A stretch of 59,377 bases of DNA, the filler included, from Dugesia japonica (taxonomy: Eukaryota): assembly GCA_001938525.1 (NCBI GenBank). It is 6 parts of 6 records of this genome, joined end to end, with 100 filler letters (N's around TTAATTAATTAA, not from the genome) between each part and the next. Parts side by side here need not be neighbours in the genome. Positions count along the whole stretch, not along the records: positions 29,873 to 41,934 come from MQRL01593428.1; positions 42,035 to 50,642 come from MQRL01622701.1; 4 more parts are not named here. One strand, given 5' to 3'. Positions 36,426-49,644 of the stretch are shown piece after piece. The position numbers and the translations under genes are program-made. Positions within the stretch are counted from its first letter, which is position 1. Each line of letters begins with the position of its first letter. The notes beneath the pieces were generated by a model that was given only the letters and a program-made list of their open reading frames with translations, ran no database searches and was not told the origin of the DNA.

Positions 36426-37447
36426 ATAATGTTTAAATCAATTACCAATGCAACAGCGGTCCAATCTCTAAAGCCAGAGGGATGTTATATGCAAACAAAT
36501 GAGATAAACTCTATGCAAACTTATGGGACTCGATTGGAGTTTATGGAACCGATGTCGATCCTTGGTGTATCACACAAGAGAAATTAAAACAAAAAGATAT
36601 ACAGATTACAGACTTGAGGAAACAACTTGCCAGTCAGGAGGACATACTACGACAGAAGCTGATAATTCTGGGAGAGTTGGAAGTCAGAGTTGATCAACAA
36701 GAGCAAAGATTTCAACGACAGCTCGCGGAACTCACCCAATATCAGGCTGAAGGGGAAAAAGAGTTAATTAAACTACTTATACGGACAACCGAGTTGGCTA
36801 ACAATCAGCAGCGAGTTATTACTTCAATGCGTGNGACCCAGTTGGAAGCAGAGGAGCACACGAAACTCAGTGAANGACTCTCCGGAAAAGTTGAGACTAT
36901 TTTGCNACAGGTCCTAGTACCACTCGATGATATTAACACTCTCGAATCTAATGTGTGAATTCAGTCGGGCTTTAATCGAATATAGTTTTATGTTTACGTT
37001 TTGCATTATTGAATCAACTAATTAAATCGAATTGCATAATTAGCCAAGACGAAACAAAAATGATTATATATTAATTATACCTTATACATTTTACTAACTG
37101 TCCAGATTTGACATTCATTATTATTTTCAGTGTCCAACCGTAGAAAATTAACCGACACATCGCTTACAGACATCAGGAAAAAGTGGGTTTCAATCCAGAG
37201 AAAGTTGCAGAATGAAATCGCAGAATTGCAGAAAAAGAACTCTGCTTAACGGGAGAAAAATACCAGGTTGCAGGAACGAGATCTAGCGCTTTCTCAGACA
37301 TGTCGGGCAATGGCTGACATCAATAAAGCTTACGCAGATAGAGAGAGCGTACTCATTGCTACCGTTCGAACTTTGACACAAACATCGAAGCCGGACAAAG
37401 AAATTGTGACGGATAAGCCAAAGGAAATCATTGATGTGGACGAATAA
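36426..37447 (+). pseudogene. Spliced coiled-coil gene of unknown family (copy A)
   Basis: Coiled-coil ORF 36614-36958; acceptor TTTTCAG at ~37130; last exon RKKWVSIQRKLQNEIAEL...MADINKAYADRESVLIATVRTL...IIDVDE*; AATAAA at ~37462. Confidence 0.55.
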
Positions 37448-39614
37448 CGACTATTATTTACAATAAAAGTTTCTAGCTAATGTGTTTCAGAGTTTTATTT
37501 TCGAAATAGAATATATAATGAATGAAATTTTCTTGAAAAGAGAGCCAGATGAAAAAGAAATTGGAAACTAAGACGGGATACTGTCATACTAGAGAGAGTA
37601 GCACAAATTTCTGTGGTTGCTAGGTGTCATCCCCCAGACAAAAAAGATATGTGAAAGAACATAGACGGTGAAAATGAGATTAAAAATTAAAGATCGAACT
37701 AAGTACAGATAAAAATACAACATCCAAAGCCTAGCAACCCAACAATCACATTTCGAAATTATTCTCTCATTATCTATTAATCTCACTGCTTTCAGTTACT
37801 TTTGCTTTACGGCTTGCATATCGTTATGACTACCCCAATTATTCGCTATGTATCAACAACGTTTGTACAATCCTGATTCTCCATTTCAAATATATCGTCA
37901 GTTGATTTCATCGTCACAATTTTAATCATCATTGTCATTTGTCATCCATTCTCGAATTACGTATCAATTATTATTTTGCCATCTCATCTTATCTGCTTTG
38001 AAATTATCTTAATTATTTTGCTTCATCATTACACTCTGTATTTCGATTAGTCATTTACTCCTTTGATCATTTCATCCCTTAACCTCTGCGTGCGTTTCTC
38101 GTTTTATTTTTAATTGTTTTCTACCATTGTTTATTTGAATGCGTGCTATGTTCCTACTTCTCTGTGTGCTCGTNNNNNNNNNNNNNNNNNNNNNNNNNNN
38201 NNNNNNNNNNNNNNNNNNNNNNNNNNNNNNNNNNNNNNNNNNNNNNNNNNNNTATCAACTATTATTATGCACCAAATTAACTCAATACTTCTACTGTACT
38301 TTGATTTTACTTGAAGAATGATTATTTACACGTTGATTTTAAATTATCTATATAATTATACAAATAATAATAAAAATAAAATATCAAATTATTTCAATTT
38401 TCACCTTGTTTTAATAATGTAATTTAAATCAATTATACCTAAGTCGATTTTAAAATATTTATATAATATTACGAATATATATCAATTAAAAAAATAAAAT
38501 ATCAAAGCATTTCCAGTGTTAAAATCATTACAAAAAATTCATCTTTAATCAAGATGTTTATTAAACCTTACTACAAATTTACTAAAATCATTTACTGAAA
38601 TTCTTTTATTAAAATTCACTGGACGAACATTATAATTATTAATTATATTGCGCATGTTAAAAAGTACATTAATAAAATGTTAATGCGCAAAATTAAGTAC
38701 ATTATTAAATAATGCACCAATTAATTAAAAACCTTACATGATCCGAGTGCCCTTTTTCCCATAAATTTTTAAAGAATTCATAAGTACTTAAGAAATAAAA
38801 TTTTCTCATTAAACCAAACCGATGATCGTGCTCCCAAAAACAATTCAAATCATAATTTATCACCTAAAACATTTCAATATTATCAAACTTTATCAATTCA
38901 CAAAATTTCGGCTTCTAAATCATCTAATTTTATTAATCCGATTTAATTCGGGCATAATTTTATCAATTCATCAAATTTCGACTTCTAAATATTCAATTAT
39001 TTTCATTGATCTGATTTCAAAACCATTAAGTGAACCATTTTGTCATTTTACTGCTCTTTTTCATAATTATATCGACTTGTTATATGGAAATTGTATCTAA
39101 TCAGAATTCGTTCAACCACAAATTTTGTATTAATACTCATTCATTATCACAACAATTCGTATTCAAATTTAGTTTCATTTATTTATCATGAATTCATTCG
39201 ATTATCGTCGTCAATTTTATTCAGTTGAAACAAATTTTATTTTGAAAAAATATACCGGCTGAGCCCCAAAAACACTTGTTGGGTTTATAGGATTTTGATA
39301 ATTTAATTTATTCTCTTCTCTCTCCAATCTCGTTTGCATATTTAAAATCTTCTCGACACGTCTAGGGGCATACCTAAAAACCACAAACATTTGAGTCACC
39401 TCTGTGACATGTCCCTCTTTCCACGGATTCAAAGCGACTTTGAGGTATCGCGTCTTACTCACTGAATTTATGAACCTTGACAGCAATCACTCTTACACGC
39501 TCAGCGAAAATTTAACATGATAATTTTACTTCACTAAATATAATTTAAAGAGAATCAAAATACTTCATCCACATTCATTAACATTTATTTTTATGTAATT
39601 TGCCTCATCTGACG

Positions 39615-40680
39615 TTAGGCATCCAGATCCGCGGTAGGTTCCATTTCTTCGGTTGATTCCTCTGGCGATCGGTAATTTAACCAGAGTGTTCTTAACGAAA
39701 CAAACATTGAGCTCTCGCGGTCGGCGTAAGTCTTGCTGACATCCGCCATGAGCCTGTTCGCGTGCTGAATTGACAGCTCTTTCTTTGATCTGATTTTATT
39801 TCGCCGCGGATTTCATTACCTATCCCTTCAGCATCAAAATTTCATTTTTTAATTCCTTACGTTCTTCTTTCCATCTTTGCTGCGTGGCGGTAGCATCTTT
39901 TTTCAGCATCTTTTCTTCAGTAGATCTATTCACTACAAAAAAATTTATTTAATCATAATTTAATTGAAGTAAGTTTAACGGCGGTAAGTGATTATAATCA
40001 ATGAAAATTAATAAACATTATAAGTAAATTGTTTCTCAACAACTGACAACTATTTGAGAACGAAAAATTCACTCCGCACTTGCGGATTTTTTACACCGAC
40101 CAAAAAAAATAATAAAATTTTATTTAAACTTATTACTGTCTCTGCAGATTTAGAATGTTCAACGACAAAGTGACATACATAGCACTTGAAATTTCTCATA
40201 GAACTTTAATAAAATCAAAACACAATTCTGTCACTCGCAAACATTTATTTCTCATTTTCTCCCAAGGACTCCACTTTTACGATGATGAGTTTCTGGGAAC
40301 TTGCAGGCTCCAAGCCAAACTTGAGCGACAGTCCCAGAACTTGGTCTTTGAGATAGTTCAACTGCATTCGACTCTCCGTTTGGTGCATAATCAATTTGGC
40401 TACACTTCCCTTAATTAACTCCACGCCTTGTCGAAGTTTTTCATTCTCTTGTTGACAGAGTTGAGGAGTGGCCTGGGTTTCGGCCAGCTGCTGCTTCAAA
40501 ATACGGAACTTTTCTACCTTTTTTCCGCCCTTGTATAGTAAGCCTGTTTTTTCCTTCTCATACTTCTATCGCTATTCCTCTAATAATTCCACTGTGTTTC
40601 TCCAAGGAACCCAGAATTTTCCTTCATCAACATCGTTGGTAAAGACCAACGGAATATGAGCTTTGCAGTATTCGGTCATG
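39615..40680 (-). pseudogene. Spliced coiled-coil gene of unknown family (copy B, paralog of copy A)
   Basis: Coiled-coil ORF 40245-40499; last exon QQRWKEERKELKNEILML...MADVSKTYADRESSMFVSLRTL; AATAAA downstream. Confidence 0.55.
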
Positions 40681-41470
40681 ATTCTATTGAATACAATTAT
40701 CAATTTTTTAAAACAATGCCAAATGAAATTCAAAGCAATAAAAAGTTTAATTAATGAAACGTCTCTTCGGCCTACGGCCTATCAGTTCTGATTCCCCGGC
40801 TTCTGTAGTATGAACCAGAGAAGATGTCTACCAAAGCGGCCATCTTTTCTAGTTCCCATTAATATGAAGTTCTACAAAGAACCTCCCTATCAGTTGCGAA
40901 TACGTAACTTATTATATGCGACTAAATATAATGCCGGTTTAATCGAATATTTTATTCAATTTACTTAAAATCTCGATTTATACTTTAATCAATTATGTTA
41001 CTCAGTTTAAGCTATTTAAATTACAAAAATTACGAATTTGCATATGATCAAAAATAAAGGAATAATAAAAATAGCAAAATTTTTATGTCTTATAAATAAA
41101 TTATTAGCCATAATAATCAAAAGAAAATATTATTAACATAGACCGAATGCGAAACAACATAAAGGAACCTTAAACATTTTAGCATAAATAAATTGAGCTC
41201 CCAGAATTACATCACACAACTTCTATCATTTNTATTTCTTCCAAATAACTTCCGAATTTCTGCCAAAATAACATTACCATATTTTCCTCTTTTTTTACCA
41301 AATACTTTTGAATTTATGCCAGATTAATTTTCGTTTATTCTTTCGTTTGTACTTTATCAATTTACGCCCTTGTTTTCATCGCTCGATTTTCATTCATTCT
41401 TTCATTTGTTTTTGCGAGTTTATTTTCTCGTGATTTCTCATTTCTGCCAAATAATTTTCTTTTATTCATT

Positions 41471-41934
41471 TGTTGGGGTGAAACACCCGGACTGTAAAGA
41501 AAAATCAAAGTCAAGGGCCCAAGTCAAAGAAATGATGAAGAAAGGATGGCTTAAAAAGAAGTTAATCAAGAACAAAGTATTTACGATGGGAAAGTTATTA
41601 CATCAATAAAAAGCTACAAGAAGGGTAATTAAGAATAATCGGTATGGCTAAATTATAAGAAATACGATGAATCAAAATACAAAGAAGATTAATATGAAGA
41701 CCTTAGGTGAACAAATCTGACCCACATCAATTACAATAATCAAAAGAAATTATAAAATTAATAATAAAAAGGCAAGAAAATTATTACCGAAAATAATTAG
41801 TGGAAAAATATTAATTATGTTGGGCTGAAATAGCCTATTGTGAAATATGAAAAACAGTGCAGGAAATAAATTAAAGGTTAATAAGAAAATGAATAAAAAA
41901 ATAATAAGAAATAAAAGAAATATTAATCTATGAA
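41471..41934. mobile_element. Two nested LTR-like termini (TGTTGGGGTGAAACACCC at 41471; TGTTGGGCTGAAATAGCC at 41818)
   Basis: Shared terminal motif and an abrupt switch from T-rich to A-rich sequence. Confidence 0.6.
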
Positions 41935-42034
41935 NNNNNNNNNNNNNNNNNNNNNNNNNNNNNNNNNNNNNNNNNNNNTTAATTAATTAANNNNNNNNNN
42001 NNNNNNNNNNNNNNNNNNNNNNNNNNNNNNNNNN
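41935..42034. other. Artificial scaffold-joining spacer
   Basis: 44N-TTAATTAATTAA-44N. Confidence 0.97.
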
Positions 42035-44050
42035 AACAAATTCCTAAAAAACTTCGCAATTTCTTCACGCCGTTTGGTTTGCCAAATGTTCTTATTGCTT
42101 CTATTTTAGACTTATCAGTTCTAACACCATCTTGGCTAATTATTTGCCCAAGAAATTTTATTTCGCCTTGAAGAAACTCACAATTTTAAGGATTGTTTCT
42201 TAAACCAGCCTTCATAATTTCTTTCAATTACTTCATAGTGTTGATCTTTATTGTTCGTAAATATTAGAATGTCGTCTAGATATACCATGGCTCCATTGAT
42301 TCCGCCAACCACTTTTGTCATCAACAAATGTACCTGGTGCCACTGCTATAAAAAATGTCAATATATTAAAACCATATGGTCCGTGGTTCATTGAAATCGC
42401 CGTTTCTTCTGGAGAATCTTCTTCGAGTTCTATCTACAAGTATGCCTCCCCCAAATCTATTGAACTAAATTATATATATTTTGCTGCATCAAACTTGTCC
42501 AGCATTTTATCGGCGTTAAGCATCGGAAATGCTTGTCACTTCGTTACAGCATTAATATTGTTTTAAATCTAAACATATTCTTATGTTCTTGCTTTCCTTT
42601 TTCCAAAGAAAAATCAATTGGGTATTCCATGGAGAGTTGCATTTACAAATAATATTATTCTCAAAAAGGTTTTGGATAGCTTCTTCAATTATAGCTTCTA
42701 AATTCATTGATTGCCTGTACGATTGTACGTTAAGTTACTTACCACTTTTGGCTATTTTGTTTTTTATGATGTAGGCGTCCTACAATCCCATTTATATGCC
42801 ATAAAATATCTTCTTTATTTTCAAATATTTTTAAATAGCTATTGATCAACTTTAATCTTTAGAGCATTTAAGACTCTCGACAATTTCTCTCCCTTTTTAA
42901 TTTGTCTCCCAAATTTTGCTTCAATATTACAAATGTAATTTTCGACTTTTTCATTAGTTTTATTGTCTACTTTCCTAACAAACTGGTATTCAAAGGTCGT
43001 CTGCATATTTATTCCTCCAATCAGATCTAGTGTCACTCTTTCTGCAACTAAGAAAGTAAACTCTTTGCAAACTTCATCAATAATCACTCCAGTTCTAACT
43101 TTCCTAATAAATTCCAATGTACTACCACTTGCACAACACAATTTTTCATCGCTCACTTCAAAATATAGTTCTTGTAATTTATTAAAACAACTCCAACTCA
43201 ACATTAATTCCACCATATTTTCTTGAATTGACACCGTATTACTTGGTCTGCCTTGCAATTTATGGTACAAAATATTTTCTCTCTGCTCTACATCAAATGT
43301 TCTACATTCATTCTATTTTTCCATCATCTCCAAACTTTTCCTTTTTTAAGAACCTCTATACTTTTTCTGTAATTTTGTCGATATCATTCCACATTTCGTC
43401 TCCTTGATTAAAATGAATCAATTCATTTAACAATGGATGGCTCCAACCAACTGCTCTACTGGCTACTACCACCTGAAATCCCTTTCATGCACTTTCTCAT
43501 ATCCATCATTTGTATAAAATTCTTCATCTGCAATCGCATTTATTCGATTATATTGGTTTCCTGGTCCTCCACCGGTAACAAATGTTTTCAGTTGTTTTCA
43601 TTTTTAAATTAGTGTAACAATTTCCACATCGTTAACATCTCACTTCTTGACATAACCTTTTAAAATAGCCCCATATTCACAACCAAAGCATTTTGTTGGG
43701 TTTTTTTATCTGGATAAACTCGACTTATATGTCCTTTTGTTTGACAAGTCTAACACTCTGGTACTTTTTTTTCGGATAATTTACTTTAGTATGACTGATC
43801 TTATGGCATAACCAACATTCTGTTTTTCGTTTTTCCTTTCCTTGATCTACATATCTAATAACTGTGTAATTTACAGATTTCTTATAATTTCGACTTGTAA
43901 TTGTTTCTTTAATTTCTTCTATATTCGGCAAAGTCACTTCTTTTTCAATCTTTCTGTAATCAACTATTTTGTTGCAATATACTAGCATCTTTGCTAACAT
44001 TTTTGACTCTACAAAATCTTTATTTTTAAATCATTTTTCCATTAAACCTT
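42035..44050 (-). mobile_element. Highly degenerate Ty3/Gypsy gag-pol fragment
   Basis: Decayed zinc knuckle ECWLCHKISH; RT pieces CNSPWNT, FSSIDLGEAY, AMVYLDDILIF, GEIKFLGQIISQDGVRTD. Confidence 0.85.
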
Positions 44051-44261
44051 TTATATTTTTAAAATAAACTTGAATTTTTTCACTTCCACGCCTGTAGTTA
44101 ATCAAAATTTAAAATTCTTTGATAACATCTTTCAGAAAAAAACTTATAGCCTGAAAGTAAACTTGTTAAAAAAATAATTTTGCGAGAGATTTAGTCTAAT
44201 AAAGTTATTTAATTAAATGTGTCTATATAGGTTCTATTAATGATATATCCTTATTGTTCAG

Positions 44262-47200
44262 GTTTCGAGTACTGTGTCACAGATTGATTAATCATTCATT
44301 AACCAAAAAAGTTTTGCTAGTTATTATTATTTTCAGTTGTATATTACTAGCGTTTAATGATCCTCTCAATCCACAATCAGACAAATCTCGAGTAAGTAAT
44401 TTTACAATTATTATTTGTTAGTTGCAGAAATAATTTATCTATATAAATAAAAATGTAAATGTTCGTTTGTTCAAAATCGAAAACCTCCGAAAATTTTTCA
44501 TCGATAGCCTTGAAATCTTGACGATTGCTTCTCACAAGGACAATTGTGTGTTGCGTGTTCTAGAGTCGGCAAACCAAGCAATATTTATATCTACACTTAT
44601 AATGGAACAACATAATATATTGTATATCAACAAGCATTATAAAATTCATTCTCTTTTCTTTTCTCTTTAATTCAAGCAAACTGAGTCACAGCAACGCGTG
44701 ACCGAGTATGGCTAGTTTATAATAATAATAGTAATTTATAATAATAATAATGATAATAATAATAATAATAATAATATTTTTTTCTAGATTTTGAATATAT
44801 TTGATTACATATTTACTTCTATTTTCATTTTGGAATTGCTTATAAATGTAATTTATAGAAATTTAATATGAAATATTTCATGTTTCTAATAGATAACTGT
44901 ATATGGCATTATTTTACATAAAGGAGCTTATTTGAGAAAGGCATTCAACTGGATTGACTTCTTTGTGGTATTAACTGCAATTTTGGATCCTTTTTTTCAA
45001 GGAATGTATGTAATACTAATAGTTCTGCATCTTTTTTTTGTCTATTTACAAGATTTCTCATTTATTTTGTTCTTTCATGCAATCCTCGTCAAAATTCATT
45101 TAATAATTTTCCAAATTAAATTAATCAATTAATTTAATTAATCAAAAAATAATGACAATTTTTTAATAAATAGTTTTCTAAGTAATTTCAAAATATATTT
45201 TATTACAACTTGTTTCGACAGATTGTCTGTTATTTTCAGGTATATTTTTTAAATCCATTTTAGAAGTTCATGTATATTAAAATTCTGATTATATAATCAA
45301 TTATGTAATCTCTTAAAGTATATTTAATTAAAGATATTCAATAAAGACCTTGACAAAATCTGTCTAAATATTAAATTTTGGATAAATCGGTTTATCCCCA
45401 ATACCACACACATAACTCTCACAATAATCTTTAACATTTCTGCACAACATTTTAAAATTATTAATACTAATAAGTGATTTACAACTAATAATATGTTCCG
45501 CACTATTACTTCAATTACCAATTCTAATATGCAGGAAGTCTTTCCAATGTATGTGATATTAAAACCATTACATTTATATTTATTTATGAACTCATATTTA
45601 TAATCCTATTTAATTATTGATGAAAATAAAAATAATTTAAGACAAACCACTTATTTATTTAAAAGTTTTCTAATCGGTCTCCTTTTACCTCAAATATGCG
45701 AACGAAATTAAGGTATCCGTTACAGTTACTTTGAGATATTATTGTCATATTGCTAACCCGCATCAATTCTTCTTCTGTATTTGAACAATAGTTTTTTAAA
45801 TGTAATTTAATTAATGTCCTTTTCAGTTACTATTCTTCTTACTTTGTCCAATTTGTGAATAGAAAAATTATTAAATATAATTTTCACGTTGATTAAGCTT
45901 CTGTCATACAGTATTATTAAAAGATTTCCAATGTAATGTACTTGAAATATTATTGGCCAAGTATCTCTTTTTCTTTTGCCAAATACTCATCAAACTCAAC
46001 GAAAAGCACTGCTTATATTTAGTATAGCATATACTTTAGATATAAAAGCTCCACTTTTTGCATTCAGTTCGAGCTCTTAAAAGATTGTTGTCTTTTATTT
46101 TAATCAAATTTTTAGCAGATGTGTGCACACTCATTGTTTGTTATTTTTTGTTTTCGGAGATAATTCAAAACAATTAACATTTAACAAATTCAAATTAATT
46201 AATTAGATGAATTTTGATGTGTATTAAATCCATTCTGAAAATAAGTAATTTCGTTCATGTATTAATTTCATTGATTTAATTAATTTTTAAAATAAATTTA
46301 ACAATTTTTTATTATACAAAAAGTTAAAGATTAATGAAAATCTTTTCATAAAAAACTTAACACAACATTTAGTTAAATATTTATTTGTCATATTCAAGCA
46401 AATTATATAAAACTAAGAACAGGGTATATATTCTAAAATTCCACTTCGATTATGTAACAGTCCAAATAAAATTCCAATTAATTAAAGACATGCAATAAAG
46501 ATTTTGAAGCAGCAGTTCGAACATTAATTTTTGGATAATATGATCCAATCATCAATACTTCGCACAGGATTCTTTGCCGGTAATCTTTAAAATATCTGCA
46601 AAAAATTTTGAAATTATTAATATTTATAACTGATGTACACGGAATATGATGTTTAGCAGTATTACTGCAACTTCCTAACCGACTTTGTTCCTGAATCCTT
46701 TTACAGAGATGATGGGAAGTCTCTCCGATGTAAGTGACATTACACCCATTACACTCATATTTATAAATAAGATTAGAAACCCATCCATAAAGAGTCTTAG
46801 ACTTATTATTGACCACACTTATAATTTTAAAAGACCGAGACACAATCTTAAAATTTGGAAGATTTACTGAATATTTTAGCAAATCATTTTTAAAATATTT
46901 TAAGCCCTCAGAATATGGAATATTTAAAACATAACAAATGTTATCAATTTTATTAGATTTATCTGGATCTGTAATAACATTTTCATCGTTTAAATTATTA
47001 TTCTTGTTCAGAATAATTTTATCAATCGTTTCGTACGTTAATCTTTCTACAATTTATTTAGAATATCCATTTTTATTTAACAAAGAACTGAAAGTTTGAA
47101 TATTTATACACTTTTATTTATACAGATTAGAAACCAATCCATAAGGAGTCTTAACTTATTACTGAACGCACTTATAATTTTAAAAGACCGGGACACAGTT

Positions 47201-47591
47201 TTAAAATTTTTTAAATCTTCCAAATTTTAAAATTGTGTCCCGATCTTTAAAAATTATAAGTGCGTTAAGTAATAAGTCTAAAACTCCTTAAAGATTGGTT
47301 TCTAATTTTAGTTTTAAACAGTTTGCCTGAAAATGACAGATATACTGTCGAAAACTTTTGTGATAAATAAATATTTAACTAAATGGCTTGTTAAATTTTT
47401 TATTAGTTTAAAAATTTATCCTTTATTTAAATTTCAATTGCTATTATTTCTATTTTCGTGTTTGCTTGAAGAAATACTAACATGCTTACTTGACGAAATT
47501 TCCATTTAGTTCATTATCAGCCCTGAAAACGTTGAGAGTCTTAAGAGTTATTAAAACTTTAAGAACTATAAAGAAAGCAAAGGAATTAAAG
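44262..47591 (+). CDS. Voltage-gated calcium channel alpha-1 subunit (Cav1/Cav2-like), domain III S1-S4; exons 44262-44391, 44788-44847, 44893-45005, 47510-47591
   Basis: All GT-AG junctions are phase-compatible. Spliced peptide: FRVLCHRLINHSLTKKVLLVIIIFSCILLAFNDPLNPQSDKSR / ILNIFDYIFTSIFILELLIN / ITVYGIILHKGAYLRKAFNWIDFFVVLTAILDPFFQG / ISLSALKTLRVLRVIKTLRTIKKAKELK. The 60-nt IIIS2 exon matches Cav gene structure. Confidence 0.9.
44438..44715 (+). mobile_element. Non-autonomous Helitron in a Cav intron
   Basis: Begins TC after A; ends CTAG before T; subterminal hairpin GTCAC-AGCAACGC-GTGAC (44685-44702). Confidence 0.85.
45190..46000 (-). mobile_element. Penelope-like element 3' fragment (older copy) with hammerhead-like tail
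   Basis: SNSAEHIISCKSLISINNFKMLCRNVKDY is homologous to the GIY-YIG C-terminus at 46478-46670; CTGAAAA-stem-GAAAC motif at 45205-45239. Confidence 0.65.
46300..47420 (-). mobile_element. Penelope-like element with GIY-YIG endonuclease and inverted partial terminal repeat
   Basis: SNLIYKYECNGCNVTYIGETSHHLCKRIQE (ORF 46478-46882); inverted arms 47124-47209 / 47215-47306; AAATAAATATTTAACTAAATG present inverted at ~46366-46386 and ~47366-47386. Confidence 0.85.
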
Positions 47592-47984
47592 GTAAATAAT
47601 TATTGTTTCAATTTGTTCTACTCTAATAAATTCTGTTTTTTGTTATTCACATAATTTTTTCCTACCGATTATAGTTGATCATTTATTATTATTTTTTTAA
47701 AGTTTTATTTTTAGAAAATTTACGTTACAATTTACGTTTACAACTTTTCAATTAAAATTGAAATAAATTTAACATCATTTTCTTTACATTCACTATTTCC
47801 ATGAACCACTGAGTAGATTAGAATGAAAGTTTTCATATTACAAATAAAAATTTATGAATTAAAAATATCTCTTAATATTTTATGTTCTAACTGCCATAAA
47901 TAATATACGACCTATTAATAACAATTATTAAATTTTGAATATTAATATTCAAAATGGGTATAAAATCAGTCAAGAAATTATTCT

Positions 47985-48009
47985 ATGATTATGATTATGA
48001 TTATTATTA

Positions 48010-48061
<52 letters not shown>

Positions 48062-48111
48062 NNNNNNNNNNNNNNNNNNNNNNNNNNNNNNNNNNNNNNN
48101 NNNNNNNNNNN

Positions 48112-48157
<46 letters not shown>

Positions 48158-48175
48158 GTTATTATTATTATTTAT
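47985..48175. repeat. (ATT)n microsatellite spanning a gap
   Basis: Direct inspection. Confidence 0.95.
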
Positions 48176-48278
48176 TTATTTATTTTTAATCATTATCCTT
48201 ATAAGTAGTAAATTGAGGGTTATTAAGTACAATTAAGTACAATTTATAGAAATATTGCAATGCAAATAATCAATTTAA

Positions 48279-48520
48279 CCCGTTAACGCCCAATCTAATT
48301 TACACAATTTAAATGTTTACAGAAGTTTAGAAGCGAATAACACAAACACTAAAATACGTCTTATAAAAACAATACATGCCAAGTGTAGGCATATTATTGT
48401 TTATTATTATTATTCTAAAATTAAAATGGAATAAGGTTTAGTTAGAGTACTAGACAAAATTAGAAAAACTAGAAAAATTATATAGCGTGTCCTCAAAAGA
48501 GGACGCTGGATACTAATGAG
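48279..48520. mobile_element. Possible piggyBac-like MITE remnant
   Basis: TTAA-CCC at the left, GAG-TTAA at the right, subterminal palindrome GTCCTCAAAAGAGGAC; TIR match is weak. Confidence 0.4.
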
Positions 48521-49644
48521 TTAATACAATCATAATCTATCTTAAAATCTACCTGTAAATATAAGTTATAGAAGTATTACGATACCAATGTTATAATTTT
48601 CAAAAACCTTTTTTTAAAATTTTTAATTAATTTAAGTTTTAAATTGTTTTAAATTTTAATGAAAGTTGAAAGCTTAATTTCAGTGAAATAATTTTTAAAT
48701 TTATTTTTAAAAAATTGTTAAATTACGATAGATTGTAAAATTTGCAAGCGTTTAAATTTGTAAGAATATTTGTTAAAATATTCGATAAAAGAAGATATCA
48801 AACTTGTTTTAATTAATAAATTTTAATAGAAACTTTATTGATTATATTGGATTAACTAATAAAAGTAAAGAGCTGTCCATAAATGACATCTCGCACTTAG
48901 TGTAAGGGAGGAGCAAACATATTTCTGATGATGTGTGACGATAACCGATGAAATTATTAGAAATCTGACGTCACATCAAAACTTTTTTTTGCTCAGCTTA
49001 ATAACTATATTATTAATCATTGTTATAATACCGAGAGAACTTATAAAACCCAGTTTCATTAATTAACAGTTTTTTAATTATTTACAATTTATTAAACTTG
49101 CCCTTATTGATTATTTACATTTTATATTATTTTAATCTTTTTTATCAATGCCAGTTCAATGAACGAGATCATTTATGAAACAGAAAGCGAATAAACATTG
49201 TTTTTTAACAGACTTTATTATAAAACGGTTCAGTTATCATGCATAATATTTTTAATTTACGCATATAAAAACGTAAGAGATCATTATTTCTGTATTAACA
49301 AGAAAGAAAATATAATTATTTTTTTGAACAATTTAAAAAGTATTTTAATTTGTCATTTTTTTCAAATTAGATAAAACATTTTAAAATATTTTACTTTAGT
49401 TTTTTAAATCTTACTAGTGAAAAATTCACTAAAGTTTAGTTTTTAATTATTAAAAATTTAAAAATATGCATATATAATTTTTTTTTTACTATTCTTTCAC
49501 TATTGTTATTTGATTTATTTAGAAATTTAATATATTATTATACATATTATTCTTTTTTACTTTTCTAGTTTCGTTAATTTAAAATAGAAACTTATTAGAT
49601 CCCAATTAATAGAATATAAATTTGCATTAATATTACTTTAGGAG

